This document shows, in pieces, positions 12,301-22,954 of a DNA stretch of 64,000 bases. The notes below the pieces were generated by a model that ran no database searches, was not told the origin of the DNA, and saw only the letters and a list, made by a program, of their open reading frames with translations. Numbering within the stretch: the first letter of the stretch is position 1; every line of letters starts with the position of its first letter. Both the position numbers and the translations under genes were made by a program. The stretch is taken from contig NW_024704742.1 in NCBI RefSeq assembly GCF_018977255.1, positions 95,048,001 through 95,112,000 of the forward strand, read 5' to 3'. The stretch comes from Callorhinchus milii (taxonomy: Eukaryota).

Positions 12301-15300
12301 CACCTTTCACGTCGGGAGGACGTCCAAGGCCTGGACAGTGTACAGCATTGCAGCACTTCTATCTCTACTCTTCCTACTGTCTCTGTTTCCCCCTTTGTTA
12401 TACGCAGTGAGTATTCCTTGTCCCTTTCTCATTTTATTCTCCCAATCTTTGGTAAATCTCCTATGACATTACACTTGCTTGGGTTCCAGTGTCCAGCTTG
12501 CATTATATATTTTCTGTCCTTCCATACACCTGAATGATATATTCATCATATCTCCTAAAGGCATCTCCACGTCTCTCTCTAGTGTTTTGAAATATTATTG
12601 TGCCTTTTCTGCTGCCCACATTTAAAAATATTGCATTTTGCTATATTTGTAAGGTAGTGACTATTGCAAATATCTGTAAATCCAGTTCTAACTCCTATCA
12701 ATTATGTTGTAAGTTTCCTATTACATTCAATGGTCTTGGTATTTGCACATGCCTTGATAGTTAATCTTTTTCTGGCATTCCCAAGCTCAAGTATGTGTTT
12801 GTTTTCCAATATCGGTGTCCACTTGCTTTGTCTTTTCCAGTCCTGATTCAGTTCACTTCTGATATCATGTACTCACTCAGTACATGGAGTGTAATTGAGA
12901 TTATTTGTGTCTTTACCAAATGATACTGATCCAAACTCTACCTTAATACTCCCTGTACCCATTTTCCAGTGTTCTTTTGCATCAGTCTTTCATACCCTAT
13001 GGGTCAAAGATGATCAGTCCCCAAACTGACTTCCCTAGACTCAACCATACAATTGTTGGTGCCCCTTAAAATGATATCACCCAATTGCTTCTATTTTATT
13101 CTGCAGGCAAGGAAGAAACATAATAGAAGCTGCCTGTCTTGGAGCCTCCACCTCAGTATCACTTGTGGCATTGATCGCTGCCAATCTTATTGGGTTCCTG
13201 GCTCTTCTGGCTTTCCTTAATGCCACACTATCCTGGCTCGGAAACATGTTTGACTGTCCTCAGCTCAGCTTTGAGGTAAATTTCTGTCTTTATTTTCTTC
13301 CACATGTATTCTGTCCAGGGTTTTGAAGCATAAAAGTTTGGACAGACGGTGTTTCCACAGTGAGCAATGACCTGGAACAGGTTACCAGGAAAGATGGTAG
13401 AGTCCCGGACATTGGACTCATTTAGAAAGCAACTAGTACAGGCAGGATTGGAAAGGGCAGTAGTGTTAATATTCTAGATTGTTGAGATTTATTGCACTGA
13501 AGGGTCTTCTTCATGTGAACCTCTCCTGATATTTAATGTGCGGCTGATGGAACTGGAATCCTCATGTTTAAAACAGAAAACGTGTGGAACAAGAGAAGGC
13601 AATTCTGTCAATGATTCTGCTCTTTCTGATGGACCACAAAGAAATTTACAGCCCAGATGAAGGTCATTCAGTCCAACATGTCAAGCCATGTAGCAGGCAT
13701 TGATAGGGACTCTTTACAATTTATTTCAGGACTCCCAGTTTCCAGAATTTGCCGAATCCTTAAATTCAGCCTTAATTTTGAAGCCAGTTTTCAGTAAGTT
13801 CTTTTAAGTTTTACAGAGAAAACAACTTCAAACTTAAGACTGAATTCAACAATTTGTCAAATTCTGGACACTATTAGATGTTACATATATGAAAGAAGTA
13901 GAGACCGAGGTGGAATTTCTCCCAAAAATTAGGAAGCAAACTAACCTATATCCATGTGGGAAATCCATTAACTAGGCAAGTGATTAAAACACATCTTTCA
14001 TAAGTTGTAACTTTTCTTCCAGTTGATTTGTTCCTACATCTTCATGCCCTTTTCCTTCATGATGGGCGTGGACTGGGATGACAGCTTCATTGTTGCTGAA
14101 CTTATAGGAATAAAAACCTTCTTCAATGAATTTGTGGCCTTTGAAAAGCTTTCTGTATTGATGAATAAAAGGCTTTCGGGTGAACCCGAGTACATTGAAG
14201 GAGTGAAGCAGTATCTGTCTGTAAGTAAATGGGAATTTCTTTATAAAGGGAGCATGGATGGCCTCTTTCTCATGCTAGCAGAATTTCGCAGAAGAAAAGA
14301 AAAAATGTTTTTCCTCTCAAATCATTAAATATTTTTGCTGCTTGGGTGCTTATCCTGTTTCATTTATTGACTCTGTTGATCTAGCCTCAATATTCAATAA
14401 TTTAACACATTACCAACCCTCTGAGGGAAGAAATTCCTTCTAACTTGCCCTAACTATGCTAACAGAAACATTTTGTGAAGCACTTTGAAATAGTTTTGAC
14501 AGGATAAGATGTTATATCAAATGTAAAGATTTCTATAATTATTCAAACCCTTTATTCATGGTTGTTCTTTTATAGATCCGTTCTGAAACTATTGCTACTT
14601 ATGCCCTGTGTGGATTTTCTAACTTTGGATCTCTTGGTATTTTAGTAGGAGTGTTGGGTAAGTTTGAATTTGCCAGGTTCTCTGTTTCATAAATTGACTG
14701 ACATCAAACCAAGATCCTGTTTTCACTTGGATGTTAAATATCCCATGATACTCTTTGAAAATAGAAGGAGTTTCTCCCAGCATCCTGGCCAATAATATTC
14801 CAGATTAATTTGCCACTCATGGCTGTTTGCGGCACTTTGCTGGTGCAAATATCTGCCATATCTGCCTATAAAATATCATTACAATTAGTGGGCCACCTCA
14901 TCCTCCAGGCTTTCCCACTCTACATCATCATCATCATTATCTCCTCTTGTGACCGCAGCTATGACCACCTGATGTTGCCCTAGCTTACTTTGTAAATTCT
15001 TGATATGAGCCTGGCATCTAGTATGATCGCCAGTTCCCATCCCGATCTGTTTTAATTCTTCTCTTAGCACCCCTCGAGCGTCACTCAGCTCCTTCTGCAA
15101 TCGACTAAACTCCTGACTCTTTGCTCTCGCTTCCCTTGTATTCTTCTTGAGCTGCCCTTGCCAAGTTAACAACAGCCTGCTGTTCCCCCACAAGGCAGTT
15201 CAATTCAGTAATTTTCATCCTCATCTCTTGTACCTGACGCCTCAACTCTCTTACAGTTTCTTGATGTCCTGCCTTCCCCTGCTTTATACGTTAGTTACTC

Positions 15301-18300
15301 ACACTACAATACCTCAATGCATACTTATGCACATTTTTGGCACCTTTTCCTTTAAGGTGACCCGCTTGCATCTCTTTCTCAACCCATTCTCGGGCTTGAG
15401 TGTAAGGGTCTCGTGCACTGGTCAAGACACTCACTATACCCATTCCATTACAGAACCCTTAATCTTCTCCTTGTACTTTTCCCATGACCCTGTCATGTTG
15501 AATAACCCAGTTAGTCACTTGTCTGGTCCTGCTGCGGTCGCCATATTGTTGGGATCTGAACTCCCGGTGTTCGAGTCAAAAGACCAGACAATAAAGTTTT
15601 GTGGCTAACTCAGTTTATTCAAATATAAGCACAGCAAGAATACATAAAACATTTACTACCCAGTTCTGGAGCAGTCAGCGTGCTTTGGCCCTCTGCCTCT
15701 GCATGCCTGGGTTCCCTGCAGATTCTGCTGCTTTATGTCAATAACCTTTCAACTTTATACCTTTTTGTTCATCCAATCAATTATCAGGCACTTAGGCCTT
15801 TCACAACAATTCTTTCTGTTTCGGTGGATGTTAAAGATCCCGTGGCACTATTCAAAAAGAGAAGTTTCTCCAGTATCCAGACCAACAATCCCCCAAATAA
15901 AATTGGTCACTTACTCCATGGCTGCTTGTGGGACATTGCTGTGTGCAAATTGGCTGACACTTTTGATTACAGAGTCACTCCACTTCACAGTAAATCATGT
16001 GAAGTGCTTTAAGATATCGACAATGTGATAAGGCACTATACCAAATGTAAGCTCCCCAGCCCTGCAATAGTGTCAGTCTAGATTGGGTTACTAACATGAG
16101 GCATAAACCCACAATGTAGAGTTGAAAATATTTGTCTTCAGCTTCAAAGCCTTCCACAGCCTTGCTCCTTCCTACCTCTGTGACCTGCTAACTCCATATC
16201 AACCTGTCCGCTCCCTCCACTCAGCATGCTCCAAGTCCCACACCCATCCCGTCCCACCATCAGCGGTCGGGCTTTCAGCTTCTCTGCCCCCGCCCTTTGG
16301 AACTCCATCCCACATTCCTTTTGCTTCGCTTTCTCCCTTTGCCTCCTTCAAGGCATGTCTCAAGACCCACTCTTCGACCGCACTTTCGGTCACCCTCCTA
16401 TCCCTACACTCCCTGCCCTCCACCCCTCCTGATCCCAATCCCCTCCTCGGGTCCAAATCCCTGTCTGTTCAGTGCCTTGGGACATCTTCCTAACGTGAAA
16501 GATGTTATACAAATGTAATTTATTGTTGTTTGTTGCAAGTATTATTAATATTATCAAACTGCAGTAGTTTGTGGAGTGGCATCATAAGTTGTGATTGTAT
16601 TTACACTAACTAGAATAAGAGGGAAATTGGCAGAAATGTTGCCCCAATATGTCCTGAAATTCTAATCCCTGTGCTTGATGATATGATTATTACATTAAAT
16701 ATTCTGGACTAAATTGAGGTGAGGTGTTCTTTGAACCATTGCAATTGCATCTCAGTTTCATTGATCGTCTTTCTCCTTCAGTATCTATGGCTCCCCAGAG
16801 ATCAGCTGACATAACAGAGGTCTCTGTTCGGGCTTTAATTGCTGGTACCATCGCATGCTTTATGACGGCATGCATAGCAGGTATGATTTTCAAGCTATTA
16901 GTCAAACAATTCACATGAAGATGACTTGAGAAGTTACCTAGCTAGCTTTACATACTTATCCCAGTGCAAACATTATAGGATGATAGATATTGGTTTAATG
17001 AATGATTTACGTCTATTGTCTATTGGCTTTATTAATGGTTTTTAAAGAACATGCCAGTACTATATGATGCAATGAAAATTGATCACAACATCAGATTGCG
17101 GTCGAACCAGTTTTGATCGCACCTGGTGTGATATGAAGGCATATCAGCAAGAATAATCTCAGTATTTATCCCTAGACCATGCTCATCTGATCATAGTAAG
17201 ACATATGGAGATACCAAACTACAATTGGTAGCAAACCTCCTACAACTAAAACAACTAAAGTAACATATGCATAGGATAACACGTTGGAGCACCTTTCACA
17301 AGGCAATGTGGATCACCGAGAATTTAGTGCGCCACTGAGAACATTTCCATTTTCCAACCATTTTTCAGTCCTGTCATTATTCCCTCCTCCCCATCCCTTG
17401 TCTGGCGACTAGTAATTTGGTATCAATTGTAAGTACAAGAAGATTTGCGCTGTGGGTTCGAACAAGATTGATATGGAAATAATTTGAGTCGTGAATAATA
17501 CGAAGAGTCTTGCCATCCCATCAATCTGGACTGATTTTGGGGAGGTTACTGGGTGCCTTAACACATGATAAAGCCCATCATCATGCTTAAGAGTATCCAA
17601 ATCAAAGTTCCATATATGTATCCCACCTGCATATGGAAATTTCCCTGTGTCTGGAATGGAAAACACACTCTCTCCCTGGAGGGACACATACTGCTTACCT
17701 AATTCTAGAGAGTATTAGGTGCAGGCTGGCAAGAGCAAATGCTTGGGGACTCCAGAGTGTAACATTGGGGTACTGCTGGAATTTAACCAGTTAAGATTGC
17801 ACAGCCTGTCATCGAAAGGACTGTCGGCAAGCTTTCCCACTGATTATCAAGCTAGGACCACCCAACCTTGTTAGGGCTTTGGCTTGCAGGGTTAACCAAA
17901 GCTGAGTGGCAAGGATCCCTGCCCCCCATGACTGATCTGGAACCGGGAACTCCCTGCATGCTTAGTGGTGGGCAACACAGCTTAGTATGAAGTGCGTGAG
18001 AGCATTGCCACTATCTTCCTGCCCACAGCTTGGTCACACATCCCTATCCATTGAGCGATGGTTCCACCATTTGCAGATGTGGAGTTTGAGCAACAGCTGT
18101 TTACCTCTCTGCAAACCAATCAAGGTGGATTGCAAGCCCTGGATGTATGAACATTTGTGCCCAAACTGGACTCCAGGTATTGCCTTCCAGTAGATTTTGA
18201 CCCAAGCGTCAGAGTTTCCTCATCAGCTATCTGACAGACATCTGCCTTCAGTGTGATAGGAGGTCCTTTACAGGACAGCTTGTGATGTGTCAGCCACCTT

Positions 18301-20255
18301 GTTGTTTTCAAGACTTTACTTGATATTGAGACTTTAAACACCATTATTTGTTTTAAATAGGACTATTATACATTCCTGTCACAGATGTGACTTGCTCCAC
18401 TTTTCTGGAGAATTCTTTCAATGCCTCAAGCTTACCGAGCAACAGTACACAACTGGTTCAATGCTGCACAGATCTTTTCAACAAGTACGGCAAGTCTGTA
18501 ATCATTTCCATTTAATAGTTATCATTTCACAAAGAGATCTTCCTGGGGTCTCCTGGACAACAACCCTCCAACCAACTTGTTCTTTCACCTCATACACTTA
18601 AAAGGGGCAAATTAACAGAGAGACCTGGAGGTCCACATAAGCAAATCTCTGAAGGTGGTAGGGCAGGTACATAAAGTTGTTAAAAAATCATACAGGATAC
18701 TAGGTTTTATAAATAGGGACATAGAATTCAAAAGTCAGGAGGTTATGTTGAATATTTATAAAATGCTGGTTAGGCCTCAGTTGGAGTACTGTGTTCAGTT
18801 CTGGACACCACACTTTAGGAAAGATGTTAGGGCATTGGAGAGGGTGCAAAGGAGGTTTACCAGGATGGTACCAGGATTGAAGGACCTTAGTTATGAGGAG
18901 AGGTTAGCGAAATTAGGATTATTCTCCCTAGAGCAGAGAAGATTAAGAGGGGATTTAATAGAGGTTTTCAAGATCATGAGAGGATTTGATAGGTTGAACC
19001 AGGAAAAACTGTTTCCACTGGCATGTGGGTCAGTAACCCGAGGACACCATTTTAAGATAATTGTTAAAAGAAACTGAGGGGAAGTTAGGAAAAAAAATTT
19101 CACCCAGCGAGTTGTTTGGATCTGGAATGCATTACCTGAAAGGGTAGTGGAAGCCGATTCAATAACAACTTTTAAGAGAGAAGTAGGTGGGTATTTGGGG
19201 AGGATAGGATTGCAGGGCTACGGAGAAAAAGCGGGCCAGTGGGATTGAGTTGGATTGCTCTTTTAGGAGCCGGCGCAGACGCGATGGGCCGAATAGCCTC
19301 TTTCTGTGCTGTATGATTCTATGATTCTATATCTGTTTGTGGAACTTTGCTGGCAGAAATGTCTGCAAAGTTTGCCCACAACAGTAAATTGCACTTAAAG
19401 GACACCTTTCAAGAAAGACGTACTTCACAGAGATAGAGTGCAAGCCCGAGCTAGGTGGGAGATATGTATGTACGTGCATGGGTGGGTGTCCCACGCGGGC
19501 TGGTGGGGTTGGAGGTGTCCAAAATAAAAGAGCTCAGTTTTTTGGCAGGTAGAAAGTGGAGTGGGAGCTAGCAAAGTAGAGGAATTCAGGAGAGATCCAG
19601 AAAGCGGGACACAGTGTCTGAAAACTTACAAGAACAAGTCACTACAGACGAGAGCAATTTGTTGTTTGTGCTACATTGGCAGAGGTGCCGTCCTTCAAAT
19701 AAGGTGTTAAACCAAGGTCTTGTCCGCCTGTTCAGGTAGATGTTAAAGATTCCATCGCATTATTTGAAAAGAGAAGAGAGTTTCTCTTGGTGTCCTGACC
19801 AACAATCCCCCAGATTAAACTGGACATTTGATTCATGGCTGTATGTGGGACATTGTTATTTACAAATTGGCTGCTGGATTTGTCTACAAAATACATAATC
19901 ACTAGACTTTACCATAAATAAGTGTTTTGAGCTGCCTCAGACATGAATGGCACTATATCAGAACATTGCTGTGAGCAAATTGGCTGTTGCATTTGCCCAC
20001 AAATACACACACTACACTTTACAGTAAAATCCTGTGAACACCATTGAGATGTCTCGATGAGGTGGTAAGAAACTATGTCAAATGCGAGGATTCTTATTAT
20101 TATACAACACTATTGTTCTAATTTCATTCCTTGATTATTTTCATTTTAGCACCATCGTGAATACCACACACTACGTCTTTGGAGGAAACTACATTCTTAC
20201 TTCTCTCATTGGGTGTTGCAAAGTGATGGATTCCTCAACATTTGTTTGCATGTAA
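143..20255 (+). CDS. SLC28A3: Concentrative nucleoside transporter, CNT3-like (5'-partial). join(143..332,2124..2268,4108..4221,4958..5035,5144..5224,8495..8575,9709..9834,10922..11052,13107..13275,14023..14220,14576..14657,16782..16880,18361..18484,20150..20255)
   Basis: 14 exons with AG/GT boundaries and compatible phases. Total 1724 nt = 2 nt + 573 codons + TAA. Colinear with human CNT3 as recalled ([51 protein letters not shown]-terminal CC motifs). Confidence 0.95.
707..1925 (-). mobile_element. L2-clade LINE 3' fragment, interrupted by a SINE at 1168-1487
   Basis: [30 protein letters not shown] motif; (caa)n tail at 707. Confidence 0.9.
1168..1487 (-). mobile_element. tRNA-head SINE with L2-like tail, inserted in L2
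   Basis: Head gtggagtcctatagctcagtggttagagcac (A box) and ggttcag (B box-like); (taa)n tail; the L2 resumes on both sides. Confidence 0.9.
2124..2268 (+). CDS. SLC28A3: SLC28A3 exon ([22 protein letters not shown]...FSKYPTK)
   Basis: tgtctcag acceptor, aag|gtaaag donor. Confidence 0.95.
2781..3081 (-). mobile_element. tRNA-head SINE, full length
   Basis: Same family as 1168-1487. Confidence 0.9.
4108..4221 (+). CDS. SLC28A3: SLC28A3 exon ([14 protein letters not shown]...WLGSQVQ)
   Basis: tag acceptor, cag|gtatgt donor; 114 nt; not in the ORF track. Confidence 0.95.
4958..5035 (+). CDS. SLC28A3: SLC28A3 exon ([26 protein letters not shown])
   Basis: ttacag acceptor, aag|gtcagt donor; YTDAGS-FVFG motif. 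Confidence 0.95.
5144..5224 (+). CDS. SLC28A3: SLC28A3 exon ([27 protein letters not shown])
   Basis: tag acceptor, aag|gtaagt donor. Confidence 0.95.
5745..6280 (-). mobile_element. L2 3' fragment
   Basis: RLDYSNTLL...ARLHCLPI; (caa)n tail. Confidence 0.85.
7510..7725. repeat. Imperfect palindrome, MITE-like
   Basis: ttaaagatggc-type arms mirrored by gccatctttaa around cagacttcaa-tggatc-ttggagtctg. Confidence 0.6.
8495..8575 (+). CDS. SLC28A3: SLC28A3 exon ([27 protein letters not shown])
   Basis: ttccatcaag acceptor, ttg|gtgagt donor; HP1 region. Confidence 0.93.
9281..9615 (-). mobile_element. tRNA-head SINE, degenerate
   Basis: Family tail and body, truncated head ending ggactcca. Confidence 0.85.
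9709..9834 (+). CDS. SLC28A3: SLC28A3 exon ([11 protein letters not shown]...[18 protein letters not shown])
   Basis: cgcag acceptor, ggg|gtgagt donor. Confidence 0.95.
10922..11052 (+). CDS. SLC28A3: SLC28A3 exon ([27 protein letters not shown]...EKG)
   Basis: cag acceptor, gg|gtaagt donor; ASVMSAPA motif. Confidence 0.95.
11380..11810 (+). mobile_element. Old non-LTR retrotransposon RT N-terminal fragment, interrupted by an L2 tail (~11630-11680)
   Basis: [27 protein letters not shown] matches the EV..AI..L.NGKAPG.DGI.AE.LK motif; IHKK...GSYQGI resembles IHKK..NYRGI. Confidence 0.7.
11985..12560 (-). mobile_element. Gypsy-type LTR retrotransposon pol fragment (protease + RT N-terminus), degenerate
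   Basis: [20 protein letters not shown] (DTG at 12485-12493), [47 protein letters not shown]2 tail inserted ~12271-12350. Confidence 0.75.
13107..13275 (+). CDS. SLC28A3: SLC28A3 exon ([10 protein letters not shown]...[12 protein letters not shown])
   Basis: ttctgcag acceptor, gag|gtaaat donor. Confidence 0.95.
13741..13870. mobile_element. Hairpin MITE-like element
   Basis: ~50-bp imperfect inverted arms (tccagaatttg...gttttc / gaaaac...caaattctgga). Confidence 0.7.
14023..14220 (+). CDS. SLC28A3: SLC28A3 exon ([16 protein letters not shown]...[10 protein letters not shown]...QYLS)
   Basis: ttcttccag acceptor, tct|gtaagt donor; CNT signature GxKxxxNEFVA(Y/F). Confidence 0.96.
14576..14657 (+). 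CDS. SLC28A3: SLC28A3 exon ([27 protein letters not shown])
   Basis: ttttatag acceptor, g|gtaagt donor. Confidence 0.95.
14885..15808 (-). mobile_element. Truncated LTR retroelement (ERV or Gypsy class): 5' LTR 15547-15808, PBS 15526-15543, degenerate gag-like ORF
   Basis: LTR ends TGTTG...CAACA, with TATAAA (15754-15759) and AATAAA (15614-15619); PBS TGGCGACCGCAGCAGGAC 3 nt downstream; coiled-coil-like reading with stops. Confidence 0.8.
16120..16530 (+). mobile_element. L2 3' fragment
   Basis: [18 protein letters not shown]; family 3' tail. Confidence 0.85.
16782..16880 (+). CDS. SLC28A3: SLC28A3 exon ([11 protein letters not shown]...[14 protein letters not shown])
   Basis: ctccttcag acceptor, cag|gtatga donor. 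Confidence 0.95.
17540..18310 (-). mobile_element. 3' end of a non-LTR element with a CCHC-like knuckle and long 3' tail (GGCTGACC-tail family)
   Basis: [20 protein letters not shown] at 17977-18039, followed by ~370 bp shared with other copies in the window. Confidence 0.6.
18361..18484 (+). CDS. SLC28A3: SLC28A3 exon ([41 protein letters not shown])
   Basis: aaatag acceptor, aa|gtacgg donor; extracellular tail with NAS and NST sequons and CC. Confidence 0.88.
18595..19330 (+). mobile_element. CR1 LINE 3' fragment
   Basis: [20 protein letters not shown]...[17 protein letters not shown]; attctatg-type tail. Confidence 0.93.
19680..20102 (+). mobile_element. Deu-domain SINE fragment(s)
   Basis: gccgtccttc...ttaaaccaagg...gatgttaaagattccatcgcattatttgaa core plus family tail. 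Confidence 0.7.
20150..20255 (+). CDS. SLC28A3: SLC28A3 terminal coding exon ([34 protein letters not shown])
   Basis: ttttcattttag acceptor; GGN..L.SL.GCC...STF.C pattern as in the CNT3 C-terminus; TAA at 20253-20255. Confidence 0.9.
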
Positions 20256-22578
20256 TTAGATTCCCTACTGAAGAAAAGGAAACTGTGCCACAGGAAACAG
20301 TTGTGATGAGGTTCAGTCTGTTCTCGTCATTACTGGATTGTTCGGTCTGTATCATGTACTAGTCATCACCTGTACAAAACATCTCTGACCTACTCAGTGC
20401 CTGGTATCCACTCCATACTTTGGTATTAGAAAACCTGAAACAAAACAAATCAGTCCATTTTGGTAATACAGTTTTACAATTCACAGATCTCTGCTGAAAA
20501 CGCCAGTAACACACCTGTCTCCGTCAAGCACACATATCAATTGGTGCAGCATGATCTTTATGTGTGTTGACTGCTTCGCCACTTCTTCTATCATCAAAAA
20601 TGTTTTGTCAATAGCTGGAAATGTCCATAAACTACAACACAAATTACATTGATAAAGCACCTTTCGTGCCAGGAAGATGTCTCAAAGTGCTTTACCCAGT
20701 GCTGGGAAGGGGGGAAGGGTGTTGACTGAAAGTGTGGTCAAAGAGGTTGCCAGGGTGGAATGGAGGGAGGGATTTGAATGTGAGGACAAGGATCTTGAAT
20801 TCCATCCACTGGGGGTGGGGTGATAGCCTTGCAGAGCTTGGGGTGCGAGACGAAACGGGCTCCAGAGTTCTGAATAGTCTACAGCTTGTGTAGGGAAAAA
20901 CTGGGGAATCTGGAGTCTATCTTTAAACCAAGATCAACAACAAGAACTTGCATTTATATAGTGGCCCTCACGCAGAGTCCCAGAACACTTGATCAAAAAC
21001 CGTACATCCACTAAATATGTTTCACATTTATTTTTGGAAAAAAATATTTATGTAATATAACCAGAACTGAGAAGTTAGTTAGATAGACTAAAAAAAAGAC
21101 TTTTGACTGAAACAGAAGCTTAAGAGGGGATCCATTAGCATCTTCAAAATTGTAAAAGATTTTTTGAAGATAAATACTGAGATTATTCCTGCTGATTGAT
21201 AAATTAGTAACATGGGAGCATGAGTCAGTATTGTCACTTTGAAAGTGAAGGGAATGTTAGAGGAAACTTTCATGTAGAGATTTATTATGGAATGTTCCTA
21301 TTGAGGCCGAGACCTTATCAACATCTTGAAAGGAAATTAGATAATCATTTAAAGAGGGACAATGTAAAAGGGTTATGGGAAGGGGGCAGTGAATTGGGAC
21401 CAATTACTGCCTTGTTTTCCTACAAGAAACACAAGACTATACTAGACTGTAGTTACTTGTGAAGCATTTTAAAACATTTTGTCATGTTGTGTGAATTATA
21501 GCCCTCCCACAGAAACATTGCTAACCCTTGGGATATTTACCACTCACAAAACTCCACATCACTCTTGAGAGATTAACATTCCAACCAGAACAATTTGTGA
21601 ACTCCTCTCCCAGGCACAATCCCTTTTATCCAACTTCCCCCTGGGGTACTGCCAACTTTCCTATTCTCCCCACCCCCTAACACACAATCTCCATGTGTGT
21701 ATAGCCATGACAGCAACATCAAAGTGTTTACACTACAATTTAACATTCTTATAACGCCTTCTCCATCAAAGTGCTCAGCAACGATCTCCAATTATCTTGC
21801 GAACAGAATTTAACCATGTGCTCCAGGACGCTACCCATGTGAAGGGCACTATATAATTGCAAGTTGTTGCTGTTAACCAAACAAATGAATTAAAGGCATT
21901 TTTAAAATAAATAGTTCAGCATCACTTTTTTATTCCGGTCAGCCAGGTGTCTGACACATGCGGAAACCCTTCATCACGCTTAAATGTATCCAAATCAACC
22001 TTAGAGGTCCCTGTTGCCACCTACACATAGAAATCCCTGTGTATTGTAGCACTTTGAGATACCAACTGTATTCAGTGCCTATAAAAGAATGTCTGAAAAA
22101 TGTACGTTTGGTCATCTTTCCCCTCCTACTCCCATCCCCCACCCCAGCCCTGTGCCCATATTTTGAGAGATCTGCCTGATGTGAAAGGCGTGACACATGT
22201 AAATTATATTATGTTTACCCCCAAATGCCTCCCTTCTCCCTCCCCAACCCAGTAAAAATTGCTATCTTGCAAGATGAGTGTGCATGAACCAAGTACAAAA
22301 TTGACATTCAGATTAAAAGTGCCCTTTAAAATGAATTTCTAACTAAACAAAAGGCTTTGAGAAAGGTTGCATTTAAATTTTAGTGTAGGATTAAGTGCAA
22401 ATTGATGGGTGGGATGAGAGTGCACAACTCTAGATCCCTGTATAATTGTCAAATGGCAACAAAAGCACTTGGAATCACATTTGTTACTTTTGAAGCATTT
22501 CTTAAACAATTGTTGTTAATGGATTGTATGTTTCTGCTAAGATACTTGTCTTAAAAAGTATAAATCAGTAGAATTCCC

Positions 22579-22584
22579 AATAAA
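22579..22584 (+). promoter_or_regulatory. Candidate polyadenylation signal for SLC28A3
   Basis: AATAAA at the end of a unique AT-rich stretch downstream of the stop; another AATAAA at 21906-21911. Confidence 0.25.
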
Positions 22585-22954
22585 CACATATTACTCCAAC
22601 TGGAAAGCAATTTTCATTCATTTATCTAACAGTGATTTTCTCATTCCAGAGAGGTTTCGAGAGAGTGGAGGTGACCATAGGTACAGTCAAAAAGGAAGGT
22701 ATTCAGATGCAAACTGAATAAGGGAAAAGCAGAGGGATTAAGGCAGAGAGTTCCAAATTTTGAGCACATGGTGGCTGAAAGTTTGGCTGCCGATTGTGGA
22801 ACAGAGGGAATAAGGAGCGTGTAGAAAGCCGGAGCTAGCTGAGAGACGGCAATGTAAGGGAATGTAAGGGAATGTAATGGTGTGTAATGGTGTGGTTCTG
22901 ATGGTTCTAGCATGAGATAGGAATCGAGCATTCAATAATTTTACGCCATTACAC

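Noticed and set aside
11985..15808. LTR-gag (15.8-14.9 kb) and protease-RT (12.6-12.0 kb) as a single provirus
   Set aside because: Three conserved SLC28A3 exons lie between them, so separate insertions are far more likely.
18208..18235. Minus-strand CTGATGAG-GAAAC inside a gtcaga/tctgac stem, resembling a hammerhead ribozyme core
   Set aside because: There is no stem II between CUGAUGA and GAAA, and I could not build a stem III/cleavage triplet.
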